DNA of 64,000 nt from the human T2T-CHM13v2.0 reference genome, Homo sapiens: NCBI RefSeq assembly GCF_009914755.1, contig NC_060940.1. One strand, given 5' to 3'. Of the stretch, positions 1 to 14,179 are shown piece after piece. Made by a program: the position numbers and the translations under genes. The first letter of the stretch is position 1. Each line of letters begins with the position of its first letter. Below the pieces are notes generated by a model, which was not told the origin of the DNA, made no database searches, and saw only the letters and a program-made list of their open reading frames with translations.

Positions 1-99
1 TTGCCAGGAGGAGTTCACAATCCAGTAGAGGAGACAGACATAACAGATGCAACATACTGAGTGAAAAAAAGCTAATGAGTGTAATAGCAAACCAGTTAG

Positions 100-317
100 C
101 ACCTTGGAGTCGGACAGAGAGGAGTTCACTTCCTGGCTCCATCTCTTACTACCTTACTGGCCTAAGCAAATCATTTAACTTTTAGGTCTCAGAGTCTGTC
201 TTCCTTAGTAAATTGGGGACCAAGATAATAGAACATGCCTCACAGGGCTGTTTCTAACTCTTCCTGAAACAAATACACATCAAGTCCTAAGCATTGTGCC
301 TGGCACGTGTAAAGCAC
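100..317 (+). mobile_element. MIR SINE
   Basis: MIR core (CAAATCATTTAACT...CTCAG...AAATTGGGGA) and 3' end GTGCCTGGCAC. Confidence 0.75.
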
Positions 318-992
318 AGTTCTAGAGCTTTTTGGATCTTATGGTATAATGAGGACATTAATCCCCATCCTGCCTGCATATGTCCCATGGATGTTTAAGA
401 ATGAAGTAATACAAGTGAATGGGACTTTTAAGATGTGATATAAAATACCAGTTTTACCATTCTACATTTCTGTACAAGAAGACATGGCACAGAAATTGCT
501 CAGCATTCACTGTTACGCCTAAGCTGGTCATGTAATAAATATTTGATGATGTACAATTATGAAAAGATAGATTCTGTCCTATTCTTCCTCTTGTCTAGTG
601 GAGCTCTGTTTCCAGAGAATTCCGCAGCCAAGAGAGAAGAGAGCAGAAGCAGGGATTGGGAGAGCAGCTTCCAGCAGATGAGATTAGAATGGAAATAGCA
701 GGTGACTGCATGTAATTTATTTTCTAGACAGCTGCTTCAACTTCATGCTTGTCTCCTTATGCCAATTCCACCAGTCACTGTTTGCTGTCCTAAGCACAGG
801 TGTGGGGAATGAGAGTGAAGGCGAGAAGGGAAGTCTGAAGCCATGTGGGGAGGATCTTCAGAGGATGAAGCTCTCCTGCAAAGGCTAGGGGGGTTGGTGA
901 TGGGTAGGAGCAATGCTGGAATCCACCAGGGTAGAGCTGTCATTACTTGCCTTGACTCTGCTTGCAGCTTATATGGATTCCATCTGTTCCTG

Positions 993-1112
993 CATTTCAT
1001 TCATTCAATAAACATCTTTACGGGGATCCATTATGGGCTCAGCACTGTGCTAGGCACTGCATGCACATAAATGGATGAATGAGGCATCATCTCTGTCTTC
1101 CAAGAGCTTGTC
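993..1112 (-). mobile_element. L2 3' end
   Basis: CATTCATTCAATAAACAT...GCACTGTGCTAGGCACTG. Confidence 0.75.
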
Positions 1113-1152
1113 CCAAAAGCAGGGGTCCCAAGTTTAAATGCCTATAGAGACT

Positions 1153-1412
1153 ATGTTAGAGTAAAATTAGTTGCTATAATAAACAAAACCCAACGTTTCA
1201 GTGGTTTTAACACAGTACGAATGTTTTACTTGACAATGAAACGGTCCAATATGTGTGTTCCTGGTTGACAGAGGGCAGGTGGGAGGATCTCTACTCCATG
1301 CAATCATTCAGGAATCCAGGCTCAAGAAGGTTTTTCCATGTTCTAGGGTTGCCCTGGGCATCAATATTCAGCTGACAGACAAAGGAAGAGAGGGAGGACC
1401 TTTCATGGAAGT
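1153..1412 (-). mobile_element. MLT1 (K/L-like) LTR fragment; a further piece lies near 2565-2615
   Basis: TAGTTGCTATAATAAAC...CAGTGGTTTTAACACA...CATTCAGGAATCCAGGCT. Confidence 0.65.
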
Positions 1413-1414
1413 GT

Positions 1415-1729
1415 CTTTTTGTTGTTGTTTTGTTTTGTTTTGTTTTTTGAGATGAAGTCTCACTCTGTCACCCAGGCTGGAGTGCAGTGGAGGGATCTCA
1501 GCTCACTGCAACCTCCGCCTTCCGGGTTAAAGTGATTCTTCTGCTTCAATCTCCCAAGTAGCTGGGACTATAGGTGCGTGCCACCATGCGCAGCTAATTT
1601 TTTGTATTTTTAGTAGAGACGGAGTTTCACCGTATTAGCCAGGATGGTCTCAATCTCCTGACCTCGTGATCCATCCGCCTCGGCCTCCCAAAGTGCTGGG
1701 ATTACAGGCGTGAGCCACCGCACCCAGCC
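1415..1729 (-). mobile_element. AluS (Sc/Y-like)
   Basis: Full antisense dimer, TSD core CATGGAAGT on both sides. Confidence 0.92.
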
Positions 1730-1754
1730 ACATGGAAGTTTTTTTTATGAGACT

Positions 1755-2057
<303 letters not shown>

Positions 2058-2100
2058 CCACACTTCTTCCTTTTTAAAAAATCTGCATACAGCATCATAT

Positions 2101-2563
2101 CTTTATTTATTCTTTTTCAACTTCTATTTAGATTCAGGGGGTACATGGGCAAATGTGTTACCTGGGTATATTGCACGGTGCTGAGGTTTGGGGTATGAAT
2201 GATTCCATCACCCAGGTACTGAGCTTGGTACCCAACAGTTTTTCTAGCCTTGCCCTCCTCTCTGCCTCCTCCCTCTAGTAGTCCCCAGTGTCTACTGTTG
2301 CCATCTTTATGTCCACAAATACCTCATATTTAGCTCTCACTTATAAGTGAGAACACGCAGTGTTTGGTTTTCTGTCCCTGCGTTGATTTGGTTAAGATAA
2401 TGGCCTTGGGCTACGCTGCAAAGGACGTGCTTTCATTTTTGTTTTAATGGCTACATAGCATTCCTTGGTGTATATGTACCATATTTTCTTTAATCAATCC
2501 ACTATGATGGCCTCCTAGGTTGATTCCAATCTTTGCTATTGTGAATAGTGCTGCGATGAACAT
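2101..2563 (-). mobile_element. L1PA15/16-like 3' end, 5'-truncated
   Basis: TTTAGATTCAGGGGGTACATG...GCTGAGGTTTGGGGTATGAATGAT 3' UTR; possible TSD CCACACTTCTT. Confidence 0.85.
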
Positions 2564-3059
2564 GGCCACACTTCTTTTTCAGAGATTGTTGGCTAGACCT
2601 TAGTTGCACGACCTTAGTTGATTGAATATTAGTTACTACTGTGGGAGTCCCACGGCAGTGTGTGATACAGGGTAAATCAGGACTGTGGTGGTTGGGACAA
2701 TCAGCTTATTAAAAGGAGCACACGTGTCTCAGTTTTGGGGATTGTTGTCACATGGGAAGTGTTGCCAACTGTTTGACTTTTTCAAGAGAAATTGCAAATC
2801 TTGATTTTTAAGTGTCATTTCCAAGTTCTTAAATATTGGCAGTTCATTTAAAAAATTTAAAAAACCCCATAAAATTAAAAAAAAATGATATGGGCAATAT
2901 TCTGCTGGCCAAACTAACCAAACTGCAGTCCACAAGTGGCCCATGGGTGCCAGCTTTTGGCCTCTAGCTCCTGGTCCATCTAGAGAGACTCACACAGGTA
3001 ATTACAATTCAGTGTAATCAGAGCTGGCACTCTGAACTCTAGCATTTATGAAGTCACCT

Positions 3060-3420
3060 GGTATTCACTGAGCATCTACTATAAACTTGGTCTGTTCCAG
3101 GTGCTGGAGAAAAACGTGTGAACAAGGCAGACATAGTCCCTGCCTTCAAGGAGATTACAGTCTACTGAGGAAGGGAGATATTGGACAAACACATACAAAA
3201 GAGAAAAACAGGTGCAATGAATGTGCATGATAAGGGGTCCTAACCTGGCCAGGGGAATGAAGGAAGACTTCCTAAAGGATAAGAAGTTCAAGGTAAGATG
3301 TGAGGTATGGGGAGGAGTTATCCAGGTGAAGGATGAAGCAGCATGTGCAAAGGCCCTGGGGTAAGAAAGAGGATGGTGCATTTGAGGAACTCGAGGAATT
3401 TCAACAGGATTGGAAGTGTA
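3060..3420 (-). mobile_element. L2 fragment
   Basis: TATTCACTGAGCATCTACTA...CCCTGCCTTCAAGGAG...AGCATGTGCAAAGGCCCTG. Confidence 0.8.
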
Positions 3421-3659
3421 GAGCTGTCCTAATACCGATATTTCCACAGCCCGAGAGTACAAAGGGAGACCCACATACCTCATGCCTAAATATTTCTGAT
3501 TATCTATTGAATTTAAAAAGCAAAATGCAAATTATAATAAATATCCAAATCCAAATTAAAGAAAACTGAAATTTATTTCAGTTTTAAGGACTTAATTTCA
3601 AACTCATTAAATAATTTTAGCAAAGTTCAGCTAGTTGTCAATGTGAAGAATAGGTAGCA

Positions 3660-4228
3660 GCCAGGCTCAGTGTCTCACATCTTTTTTTTTTAAAGACAGT
3701 CTTGCCCTGTCACCCAGGCTGGAGTGTAGTGGCACAATCTCGGCTCATCGCAATCTCCGCCTCCTGGGCTCAAGTGATTCTTGTGCCTCAGACTTCCAAG
3801 TAGCTGGGATTATAGGTGCACACCACCAGGCCCGGCTAATTTTTGTATTATAGTAGAGATGAGGTTTCACCATGTTGGCTAGGCTGGTCTTGAACTCCTG
3901 ACCTCAAGTGATCCACCCATCTCGGTCTCCCAGAGTGCTGAGATTACAGGTGTGAGCACCATGTCGGGCCTGTGTCTAACATCTTTAATCCCAGCCTTTG
4001 GGAGGCTGAGCCCAGAGAAGATTGCATGAGGTCAGGAGTCGGAGACCATCCTGTGCAACACAGCAAGACCTTGTCTCTACTACTGATAATAACAATTAGC
4101 TCGGCATGGTGGCATGCACTTGTAGTCCCAGCTACTCAGGACACTGAGGTGGGAGGATCACTTGAGCCTAGATCAAGGCTCCAGGAAGCTATGATCACAC
4201 CACTGCACTCCAGCCTGGGTGAAAGAGA

Positions 4229-4236
<8 letters not shown>
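3660..4236 (+). mobile_element. AluJ interrupted after ~22 nt by an antisense AluS
   Basis: GCCAGGCTCAGTGTCTCACATC... resumes as TTTAATCCCAGC at ~3984. Confidence 0.85.
3682..3970 (-). mobile_element. AluS inserted inside AluJ
   Basis: TSD GTGTCTCACATCTTT / GTGTCTAACATCTTT. Confidence 0.9.

Positions 4237-4320
<84 letters not shown>
4234..4320. repeat. Compound (CT)n(CA)n microsatellite replacing the AluJ tail
   Basis: Read directly from the sequence. Confidence 0.97.
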
Positions 4321-4322
<2 letters not shown>

Positions 4323-4774
4323 TATTATGCTTCACATTTGCCGTGAATGGAATCTAGACTTAAACGAATACAAGCTTCAGAGTAATATAAATCATTTAAT
4401 ATTGCAAAGTGTTTCTCAACTGCCATGTCCAACCATTGCAAATACTGTGCTAATTCGTGTGAGCCTCCTGACCTGTGAATTGAAACATGAAGGGAGGCAA
4501 GTAGATGGTTGCCTGGCATTACTAGAAAACAATGCTTCCTTTCATAAGTATATATTGCATTAATATGATCTGAGGGGAAGGATGTGACAAGTTAATTAAT
4601 TTGTACTTTTCTTTATCAAAGTGTTTTCAATGGTGAAATTTTCTCTGCCTTCAGAAGCAGTGTTTGTTTCCAAAATCAGCGGGGCACTGCAGGGGATCCT
4701 TCATGACATTTGAATGCCATTGCCTTTTGCTTTAAAGGCACAGAGCAAAGGAAGCAGAGAATTTCCCTGGAGCT

Positions 4775-5189
<415 letters not shown>

Positions 5190-5339
5190 TCAAGAGTTTT
5201 CCTCACATTCTTTAATACATTGACTTATGTGTGTGTTCATGATATGTGGGGCTGTCTAAATTGTGGTGGACCCAGTATGGGCACTCCTCTTGCCCAGATC
5301 TAAGTGTGGTACTCACTTATAGAGTAAGGAGAGAGACGC

Positions 5340-5575
5340 TTGAGAGAATCTGCAAGATGTAGGCAGGAATCCAATCATGTAGATCATCATAGGCCTTATA
5401 CAAGGGATTGGATTTTATCTTAAGAGCAATGGGAAGGCATCGGAAGGTTTTAAGCAGGACAACGATATAACAAGGTTTGGATTTAAAAAATATCACCCTG
5501 ACAGTTGCATGTAGGATATTGAATGAGGCAATAGTGGATGTGAAGAGAACAATTATTAGACCATCACCGTAACTT
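5340..5575 (-). mobile_element. L2 fragment
   Basis: GGATTTTATCTTAAGAGCAATGGGAAGGCATCGGAAGGTTTTAAGCAGG. Confidence 0.8.
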
Positions 5576-5761
5576 TGTACATCCAAGATTCCTTGTTTCT
5601 GGGGAGGCACAGCCTTAACTGGGGTCTCTTACATGGGAAAAAATGCAGCATTCATTGTGGATTTGTTTTGAGTTGGAGATCAGCTTAACAAACACCTTCA
5701 TGTGCTTGGGGAGAAGCTCTTCTTTAAATATCTTTCTCTGAAACCCTTTGAGATAGGGGTT

Positions 5762-6132
5762 TGTCTTAGTCCATTCAGACTGCTATAACAAGCCACCATA
5801 CCATAGACTGAGTGGCTTATAAACAACAGAAATTTATTTCTCACAGTTCTGGAGGCTGGAAGTTTGAGATCCAGGTACCATTACGGTTGGGTTCTGGTGA
5901 AGACCCTCTTGCAGGTTGTGAATGGCCGACATCTTGTTGTATCCTTACATGGCAGAAAAAGGGTGAGAGAGCTCTCTGGGGAATCTTTTATAAGGGCACT
6001 AATCCCATTCATGAAGCTCCAATCTCATGACCTAATTACCTCCCAAAGTCCTCACCTCCTAGTACTGTCACTCCGGGGGTTAGGATTTCAACAAATAAAT
6101 GTTGGACGAACACACACATTCAGTCTGTAACA
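5762..6132 (-). mobile_element. MLT1A-type MaLR solo LTR
   Basis: TGTCTTAGTCCATTCAGACTGCTATAACA...ACACATTCAGTCTGTAACA with TG...CA ends. Confidence 0.9.
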
Positions 6133-7449
6133 GGATTCTTCAAATTTCCATGGGATAGAAGGATCCACAGAACCACAGTTTGGTCATCAGTTGGAGTGTT
6201 GGAAGGACATGCAAAAATATTTGGGCCAAAGGATTCTCTGACTTTGGAGGGGTTGGGAAGTAAGATGGAAGGAGTTGCCGTCCCTTCCCTTAAGTCCTCA
6301 GATAAATGGGCAGTTCCATGAGAGGGGGTGGACATAGAGAGGTGATAGAGAAAGAGGAAGGTGGGTGCAGATGTCACATGAGTACTGACATCAGCTGGGG
6401 GGCATTCCAGGCCTCTCCAATGGGTAGAGATGTTGCAGGTTCCTATGAATACTCCTTCCTGATAGACAAGGAGTCTTTTATTTGAGAGTCATAAACTCTG
6501 GCTTCACCTCTTTCCCTTCTAGAAATGACTGCAAGCCTTGGGGAGAAGGGCCTGGAGGACTAGGCTGCTATGATTAACAGGTCAAGATCTTTTCCATGGA
6601 TCATTCTTTGAGTAGCAAGGTCTATAAAGAATATGACACATAGACATCCTGTTGATGGAAGGGAGAGAAAGAGAGATGAGATCCAGTCTGTCCTCTTGGC
6701 TCTTTGCTTCCTATTCAGGCTTCTGTGGTGTCTAGTCCTACTGCATGGGGTCTCTGTTGAGCAGCAGAAGTTGTGGTTAGACTCCAAATCTGGGAGGCTT
6801 CACCCGTCAAGGTCACACAATCCAGGCAGAGCAACACAGGAGCCATGGGTTGGGTGATGGCCTAATTCTTCGAGGCCGGTCAGTGCATTTCTGAGTGATG
6901 GCTCCTTATGAGTAGCAAATTGTTCTCCAAATTTGGGTTTCTGCTCAACTGCTTCAGGCAAGCCTAACCTTTCAAACACAAGCAGTGTCTGTCTGGGTGT
7001 GCAGAGGCACTTAGGTTATGGAGAGGAGGTTACTCTGCTTAAGGGAATTGCATTTAAAGTGCAGGTTCTGATTGGTCTCTGCAAATAACATTGCTGCCAA
7101 AATGGATGTGTCTGGAGGATGTGGCTGAAAATTCAATCTTGTGGTGATTCGAGGGAGGTGCATGCCATCTGATGTCCTGGGGTGATGTCATCTAAAGTCA
7201 CCTGGGCTATAAACTCGGGCTTGCTGGAAAATGGCTGGAGGGACTTGAACTGCTGTCTGTTGTCAGGTGGTGGTCCTCCTATTGCTACCTGTCTGGGGGC
7301 TCTTCTCTCCTTCCTCAGTGTCTAGTACATAGTGTGGCAGAGTGGAATTCAAAATTTGTCTGTGCTTTTTGATGTGCTATTTCCCCACATCCCCTGCCCG
7401 ATTTGAGCAATATTCTAGGCTTTGACAGCATTCTTCCCTGTGTTCAGAA

Positions 7450-7850
7450 CCCTCCTCTCCCTTGTCTTCCTCTTCCTTTTTCTCCTCCTCCTTCTCTTTC
7501 TCTTCCACCTCTTCCTCTTCCATTTTATCCTCCTCTCCCTCTTTCTTCTCCTCCTCTTCCTCCACCTCCTCTTCTTCCTCCTCCTCCTTCTCCTCCTCCT
7601 CTTCGTCCTCCTTCTCTTCCTCTACTTCTGCATCCTCTTCCTCCTCCTCTTCTTCCTCCTGCACTTCCTTATCCTCCTCCTCCTCTTCTTCTTGTTCCTC
7701 CACCTCCTTCTCCTCCTCTTCTTGTTCCTCCACCTCCTTATCTTCCTCCTCTTCTTCCTCCTCCTGCTCCTCTTCTTCCTGTTCCTCTACCTTGTTATCC
7801 TCCTCTTCCTCCTCTTCCTTATCTTCCTCCTCTTCCTCCCCCTTCTCCAT
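7450..7850. repeat. ~400-bp (TCC/TTC)n polypyrimidine low-complexity tract
   Basis: Read directly; produces poly-E, poly-S and poly-P ORFs. Confidence 0.95.
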
Positions 7851-7939
7851 CAGTATCATTGCTAGAGCTACCATTTCAGTTATTTTTGTATTTTTATGGT
7901 TGTTGCCATTTATCTCTTTCACCAGGTCCTGAGCACTGA

Positions 7940-8400
7940 GGTAGGAGCAGTATGCCTATTATTTCATTTGATCGTCTCAACTATTTATTATCCTCTTCAT
8001 CTCACTGGGTCTCAGAGTGACTAAGCCTTTTGTCTAAGATCACAGAGTTAAAGAGTGGTGGAGCTGGGATTTTTTAGGTCAAGTTTATCTCACCCCAGAG
8101 CTCATGCTTTTAGCCTTCATGTTAACAGTTTCCCAATCTTAGAAAGCGAAAGGGGGGGCCTTGTTATGTCAATTCCAAAGGTTGCTCCTTCACGCTGTAC
8201 CCTATCTGTACACTGGATAGGACAGTACTTGGAAACTTGGCGTGGGGAGCCAGACATCTTGAGTTTAAATCTTAGCTCTGCTGCTTCCAAGATATGTGAC
8301 TGGAAGCAAACGTCTGAGCCTTTCTGGCCTGGGTTTGCTTATCTGTAAAATGGGAACAAAAATATCTTTTTTCTTAGTGTTGTCATGGGTTAGAATGTTC
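7940..8400. mobile_element. Two MIR fragments (minus ~7940-8115, plus ~8230-8400)
   Basis: GATCACAGAGTTAAAGAGTGGTGGAGCTGGGATT and TTTGCTTATCTGTAAAATGGG cores. Confidence 0.7.
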
Positions 8401-9479
8401 TAGAACAATCTTGGTAAATGTCATCCATTCTTGTCACCCAGTTTTGCTCTTTCAACTGGCTTTCACTAGCAAATTATCTATTTTCTTCATTCAGTCATCA
8501 ATTCAATAAATCTGGATTAAGCGCCTACTCTATGCTAGATACTGTATTTAGTGCTATGAATATTCTTTAATAGTTTCTCACTAACTGTGGCCAAAAACAA
8601 GTTGAGTCACCTTCTCGTCCTCAGTTTACTCCTCTGCCAATGGAATTAATGAGGCTCCCACACAGGATGGTTTGGAGGGTTCAGTGAGAGACGATATGAC
8701 GGGTTCATAGTGGTGCTTGATTCAAGGTTGCTGGCAGAATATAAATGAAAGTCCTTAGCAAGCTCTTACGATCCTGTGAATTTACTCCATGGCATTCAGG
8801 TTCAAAAAATAGATCACTTTTCTTTTTTTCTGAAACAAATTAAATTGATCTCTGAGGCTCACCTGCTTGGTTAACGGGGTTCAATTCTACTCCCCATGGG
8901 CATCTTATAAGAACTCCATGGTCCAGGAAGGGCCCATTCAGGTCCCTTGAGGTCTCCATCCTTGCAGTTGCTTTTGTTGCCTGCCCTGCTGAGCATTGGT
9001 CCTCCGCCGTCTTGGGGGCACCCTAGTCTGCTGGGGAATTAGTGATCCTCTTCCCACCAGGCTTGCCCACAGAAATGCACTCCGGAAGTCATTCCTGCTG
9101 GACGGGGTCTTGACCTTGTGGGTTTGGGTGGTGACAACGTCCAGTGCTGTTTTTGTCTCAGGGCTCTCAGGCTTAGTCTCACTCTGCTCCTGCTTCCCTA
9201 GCCTCTATGAGGTTGCTAGCTGGATTCCTTAATGAGTCTGACTTCTTTCCAGCAAGACTTCTTCCTTCCATGAATGGTGGGAGGCAGGGAAAGAACCTTT
9301 TTTTCTTATGACAGTGCAAACGCGACAGAAGTTGACATACAAATAGAGCACCCCAGTCCATTGTAAACATAACACAAATTATGTTCTGTAGCTTTGGCCT
9401 CTCTGTGTATCTTATGTTCTCTCCCAGAAAATCAGCTCTCACTTGTAGACAGGAGAAGAGTTCTAACATTATTCTAGAC

Positions 9480-9680
9480 TAGATACCAGATATTTTGCAC
9501 GCATCATCTCACTGAATCCTCAAAACAATGTTGTCTCATAGGAATGACTTTCATTTTCCTGATAAGGCAATTGAAGCTCAGGAGAGTTAGGAAAACTGAC
9601 TGTCCTGTCCAGGTTCACCCAGCTAGAAAGGGGCAGAGCTGGGCTTTGCATCCAAGGCTGTCTGCTCCATGTCCACACAC
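9480..9680 (-). mobile_element. MIR
   Basis: CATTTTCCTGATAAGGCAATTGAAGCTCAG...GGCAGAGCTGGG. Confidence 0.7.
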
Positions 9681-10029
9681 TGTTCACTACACTTCCTGCT
9701 CTTCTGTGTCTTTTATTTCGTTTGTAATCCTTACAGCATCTCTAGTGCAGTGGATGATAATAAATGCTGATGAAAAGAAACCCTTCACAAGCTAAGGAAG
9801 TTCAAAACTCACCTGTGTTGAAGTCCTGCATTCCCTAAAGTAAACAGGCTGTGAAACAACCTCCTTTATAGACACCTTAAACACAGTGCATGCATTTCTC
9901 ACCCTTCTCTTTGATGACTTAGCACTTTATGTGCACGATGACATTTTCAACTACGGAGCCATATTGAAGTTTAAACACTGCTAAAGGATTATTCATTTCC
10001 ATTCCAGAGCCTAACAACTGGGAACCCTG

Positions 10030-10230
10030 AACACAGTGTTAAACTTCACATATATCTTCTCATACCATTCTTTTCTGGGAATAGGTACTATTATCATTCT
10101 CAGTGTATAGATTATAATGCAGAGGTTCAGAGAAGCTAAAAAATTTGCTCAGGGTTATCAACTATAAAGTGACAGTGATAGGATGTCAACCCAGGTGTCT
10201 CTCACCTCAAAGACTGAGCTCTGAGTAATT
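10030..10230 (-). mobile_element. MIR
   Basis: AGGTACTATTATC...GAGGTTCAGAGAAGCTAA...TTGCTCAGGGT. Confidence 0.7.
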
Positions 10231-10490
10231 TTGTTATGCCAACCCTCAGGGCTGGGCTGGAAAGAGCTTTAAGATCCCTTCTAGTTTGAAACCATCCACC
10301 TCAACTAAAATTTCTGATATTCAGTGGCATAGGCTGGGAATTCCTTCACTCACTTGGGTATCCTAATATTAAAAAGCCAGGAGTTTTGAGATCACAGGAT
10401 ATTTTTCCATATTCATTTTAAAAGGTGTAATGTAAAGCCTCAGATTACCAGATTATTGTTGGACACTTGGAATATGGGGGAGATGGCTAC

Positions 10491-11246
<756 letters not shown>

Positions 11247-11807
11247 GCTACCACCATGTTTACAATATGCATCTTAGTTCCTGGAATTCCTAGTTGCTAT
11301 GGTGAATCTTCATTTGCTTGTACATTTAAGGAAACATCCCAGTTTATTACAAGTTATTTAGAAGAACTTGGCTATGGTGTCTGTTTGCAGTTAATATTGG
11401 GCAAGATAGAAAATGGCTTCACTCTAAGTGTTCTAATCAGTGACAACAGATGTTCATGGAAGGCAGAATTTTCTGTGAATCAGTGTTTTGATAATATCGT
11501 TAAACACAAATTCTAAGGTAGAAAGAGAAACTTTAGTTTGGGCCATATGTGCTTTTGATGAGAGATTTTGGGTAAATGGATGACAGAGCTTTCTACGGTA
11601 GTTCAAAAATTAGAGCGGGCTACCCTGAGTTCACTCTGGGGTTGTCGCCTGCTTCCCTGCTAGCTCTGGGGATAAGAAGATATCTTAGGAGTTGGGATTA
11701 TAAGGGACTTAGCCTTCCACTTAATAAAATCAAAATATAAAGGGGGAAAATCTATTTCCTCTTGTAAATACCTCCTCTCTGCTATAGTTCTTCTTCCTTT
11801 GGAGGAT

Positions 11808-12005
11808 CCAGTAGTGTGCTGAAGCTAGCTCCCACTGGCCCATGAGAACAGATTGTTACATATTCAGGAATTTTGGAAATGGTTGTTAAACTCTCGGTAG
11901 CTCAAAATTAGCTATAGTGGGATCATTCACATCACTGATGACTTGAAACATTACAAACCAGAGTTTGTTTGCTTTCCTGAGAGCCTGTTTACCTGTTTAC
12001 CATTC
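11808..12005 (+). mobile_element. MER63-like hAT-Blackjack DNA transposon
   Basis: CCAGTAGTGTGCTGAAGC...GATTGTTACATATTCAGGAATTTTG...GGTTGTTAAAC. Confidence 0.7.
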
Positions 12006-12016
12006 ATTATAAGGAT

Positions 12017-12520
12017 TGCAGTTAATGTTTGTGTTTCTGCCTGTCCAACATACATTTCTTAGCCTCTTCTGGTAAGAGCAAATTTCCTTTGGGGAAACAC
12101 TGGTATTTAACTCAGGCCATGGTTTGGGGGGCCATATTCCCTAGATCCAAGAGCCAGCATATAACCTGGGCTTGGCTATTCAGAGCATTCCATCTCCCTG
12201 ATCACAGTGATTGGCTCATAGGTCTCATGTGACACGTATATACCAATCAGAGCTAATTAAGGAGCTTTTGTGGTACTACAGGAAAGATCTTGCCCATGTG
12301 AAGGAGAGAGGTTGTAAGAGCTTAGAAGTGCATTGGACAGCAAACAGTCTGAAGAAATGGACGCATGCCAGGTCCAATGAGGTAGGTTGAGCATCTGCAA
12401 GCTATGCCTGAAGTCAAATATCTCTGAACTTTTGAAATTGCTGAGCAAGTAAGTGTGACCCTGCCCTCATCTCTGATTGGCTTAAGCATGTTTGTGTTGG
12501 GTTTTCTGTCCCTTGTAAGT
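12017..12520 (+). mobile_element. Ancient ERVL/MaLR-type LTR (LTR33-like)
   Basis: CACAGTGATTGGCTCA...CATGTGAC...CCAATCAGAG and end GGGTTTTCTGTCCCTTGTAA. Confidence 0.5.
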
Positions 12521-13434
12521 TACAAGTTACAGCTGAGATAGTCCCAACAGTTACAAGATTCTTCAAGTTTTGTATTATAGATTAAATTCCAAGCAAACCA
12601 TGCAAGAAAATCTAATAGAGAGCTTGGTAGAGTTGAGAGGAAAAAGAGCTTCTGTCTACAATTCGACCTTAGCTTAATGAAACATACCATGGTTTTTTTT
12701 TTTTTTAGCCCCCTTCTCCTCCACACCTACACAAACACCAATATTTGTTCAAATACAAGTTTTAGCATTTTTTTTTTTTTAGCTGTGCCGACTTGGAAAA
12801 TTCCTAAACCTCTCTGAACCTCATCTCCTTCATCTGAAAAGCAAATATATTAATATCTGACTCTTATGGCTGATATGAATATAAAAGGACACAATTCCTA
12901 AAAATGCACAGTTTTTTTTACAGAGTAGATAATATATTACTATAACTACTGGTTAAATAAATGTGTATGGGGTAGTCTAGGACCTTATATTACACATCTT
13001 ATAATGGAGTTTCTATGGAGAAATGCTTGTCAATTTCCAAGACTCTGACTTCCTCAGACTCCAAACCCAGGGGAGCAGAGGAATTCCTAGGTTGAACCAC
13101 TGAAAATTAGGAACTTGAGGTGAGGGGAATGTTTTGGGGATGGAAAAATCATAAATCTCCTCTTGACCCACCCCCGAGGATGTGTCCTATGCCATTTCGT
13201 TCTCCCCTGTATCCTCCATGTCTGTTGCCTACAGGGCTTTGGAACTGCTTATCAAATAAACACCTCCCCCCTCATTTTATTGCTGTGGAAACAGAACTAA
13301 GAGAAGATTAAATTCTGTGCTATAGTGCCTTCATCTTACAGTGTATGAAGAGGAGACAGACAATAAACATCGTCTTAAAACCCAGCACTGGAATTTCTTT
13401 TGAGGAAATAACCACCATTGATGAGCTCAAAGGT

Positions 13435-13716
13435 TTAGACAAATGTCCAATATTCATATAACGTGAGCCACACAGAAATTTTTGAATTTCTAATGGCCAT
13501 ATGAAAAAAAGAAAAAACAAGTGAAATTATTTTAATAATTATTTTAACTCAATAAACCTAAGATACATTAAAATTATTTAGACATCTTACATTATTTTTT
13601 CACACTAAGTCTTCAAGATCCAGTGTGTATTTTACGCTTACAGCTGACCTCAATAAAGACTAACCACATTTCAAGCGCTCAGTAGCTCCATGTGGCTGGC
13701 GGCTGCCATATTAGTC
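13435..13716. mobile_element. MER33-like hAT-Charlie element
   Basis: CAGTGTGTATTTTACGCTTACAG...CCACATTTCAAGCGCTCAGTAGCTCCATGTGGCTGGCGGCT. Confidence 0.75.
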
Positions 13717-14179
13717 TAGCAAAGGAGACTCCGAAGATTGACTAAGGTGCTTTGCAGGAAATAAGAGGGAGAGTGGCGGGAACATCAAAATGGAAACGTT
13801 CCAGCTCTAAGAATCTCCAAGCATTGTAGGAAAGTCAAGCAATTCCCATCCACCTCCCTGACCCCTGCGATGTTTATGAGAGTGACTCCTTAGTTTGAAA
13901 ATAGAAGAAGAGCTTGAATTTCCTGTTGGGCACAATGTGTTCACAGGTGCCTGCAAAGATGTTTCTCTGTTGCCCTGGACTTCACAGAGTCTTTGGGAGG
14001 ACTTTGGACAGGAGTGGAAGTCATCGAAAATGATGGCTCAATGCAGTCTTCTTGTGATCTCACAGCTGATAATGGGATCTCACAAATAACTTGTATTGTG
14101 ACACACACATAACGTGTAATGGGATCTCACAAATAATGTGTAATGGTAAAGGTAAAGGTAAAGGTAAATGTAAACAGGT

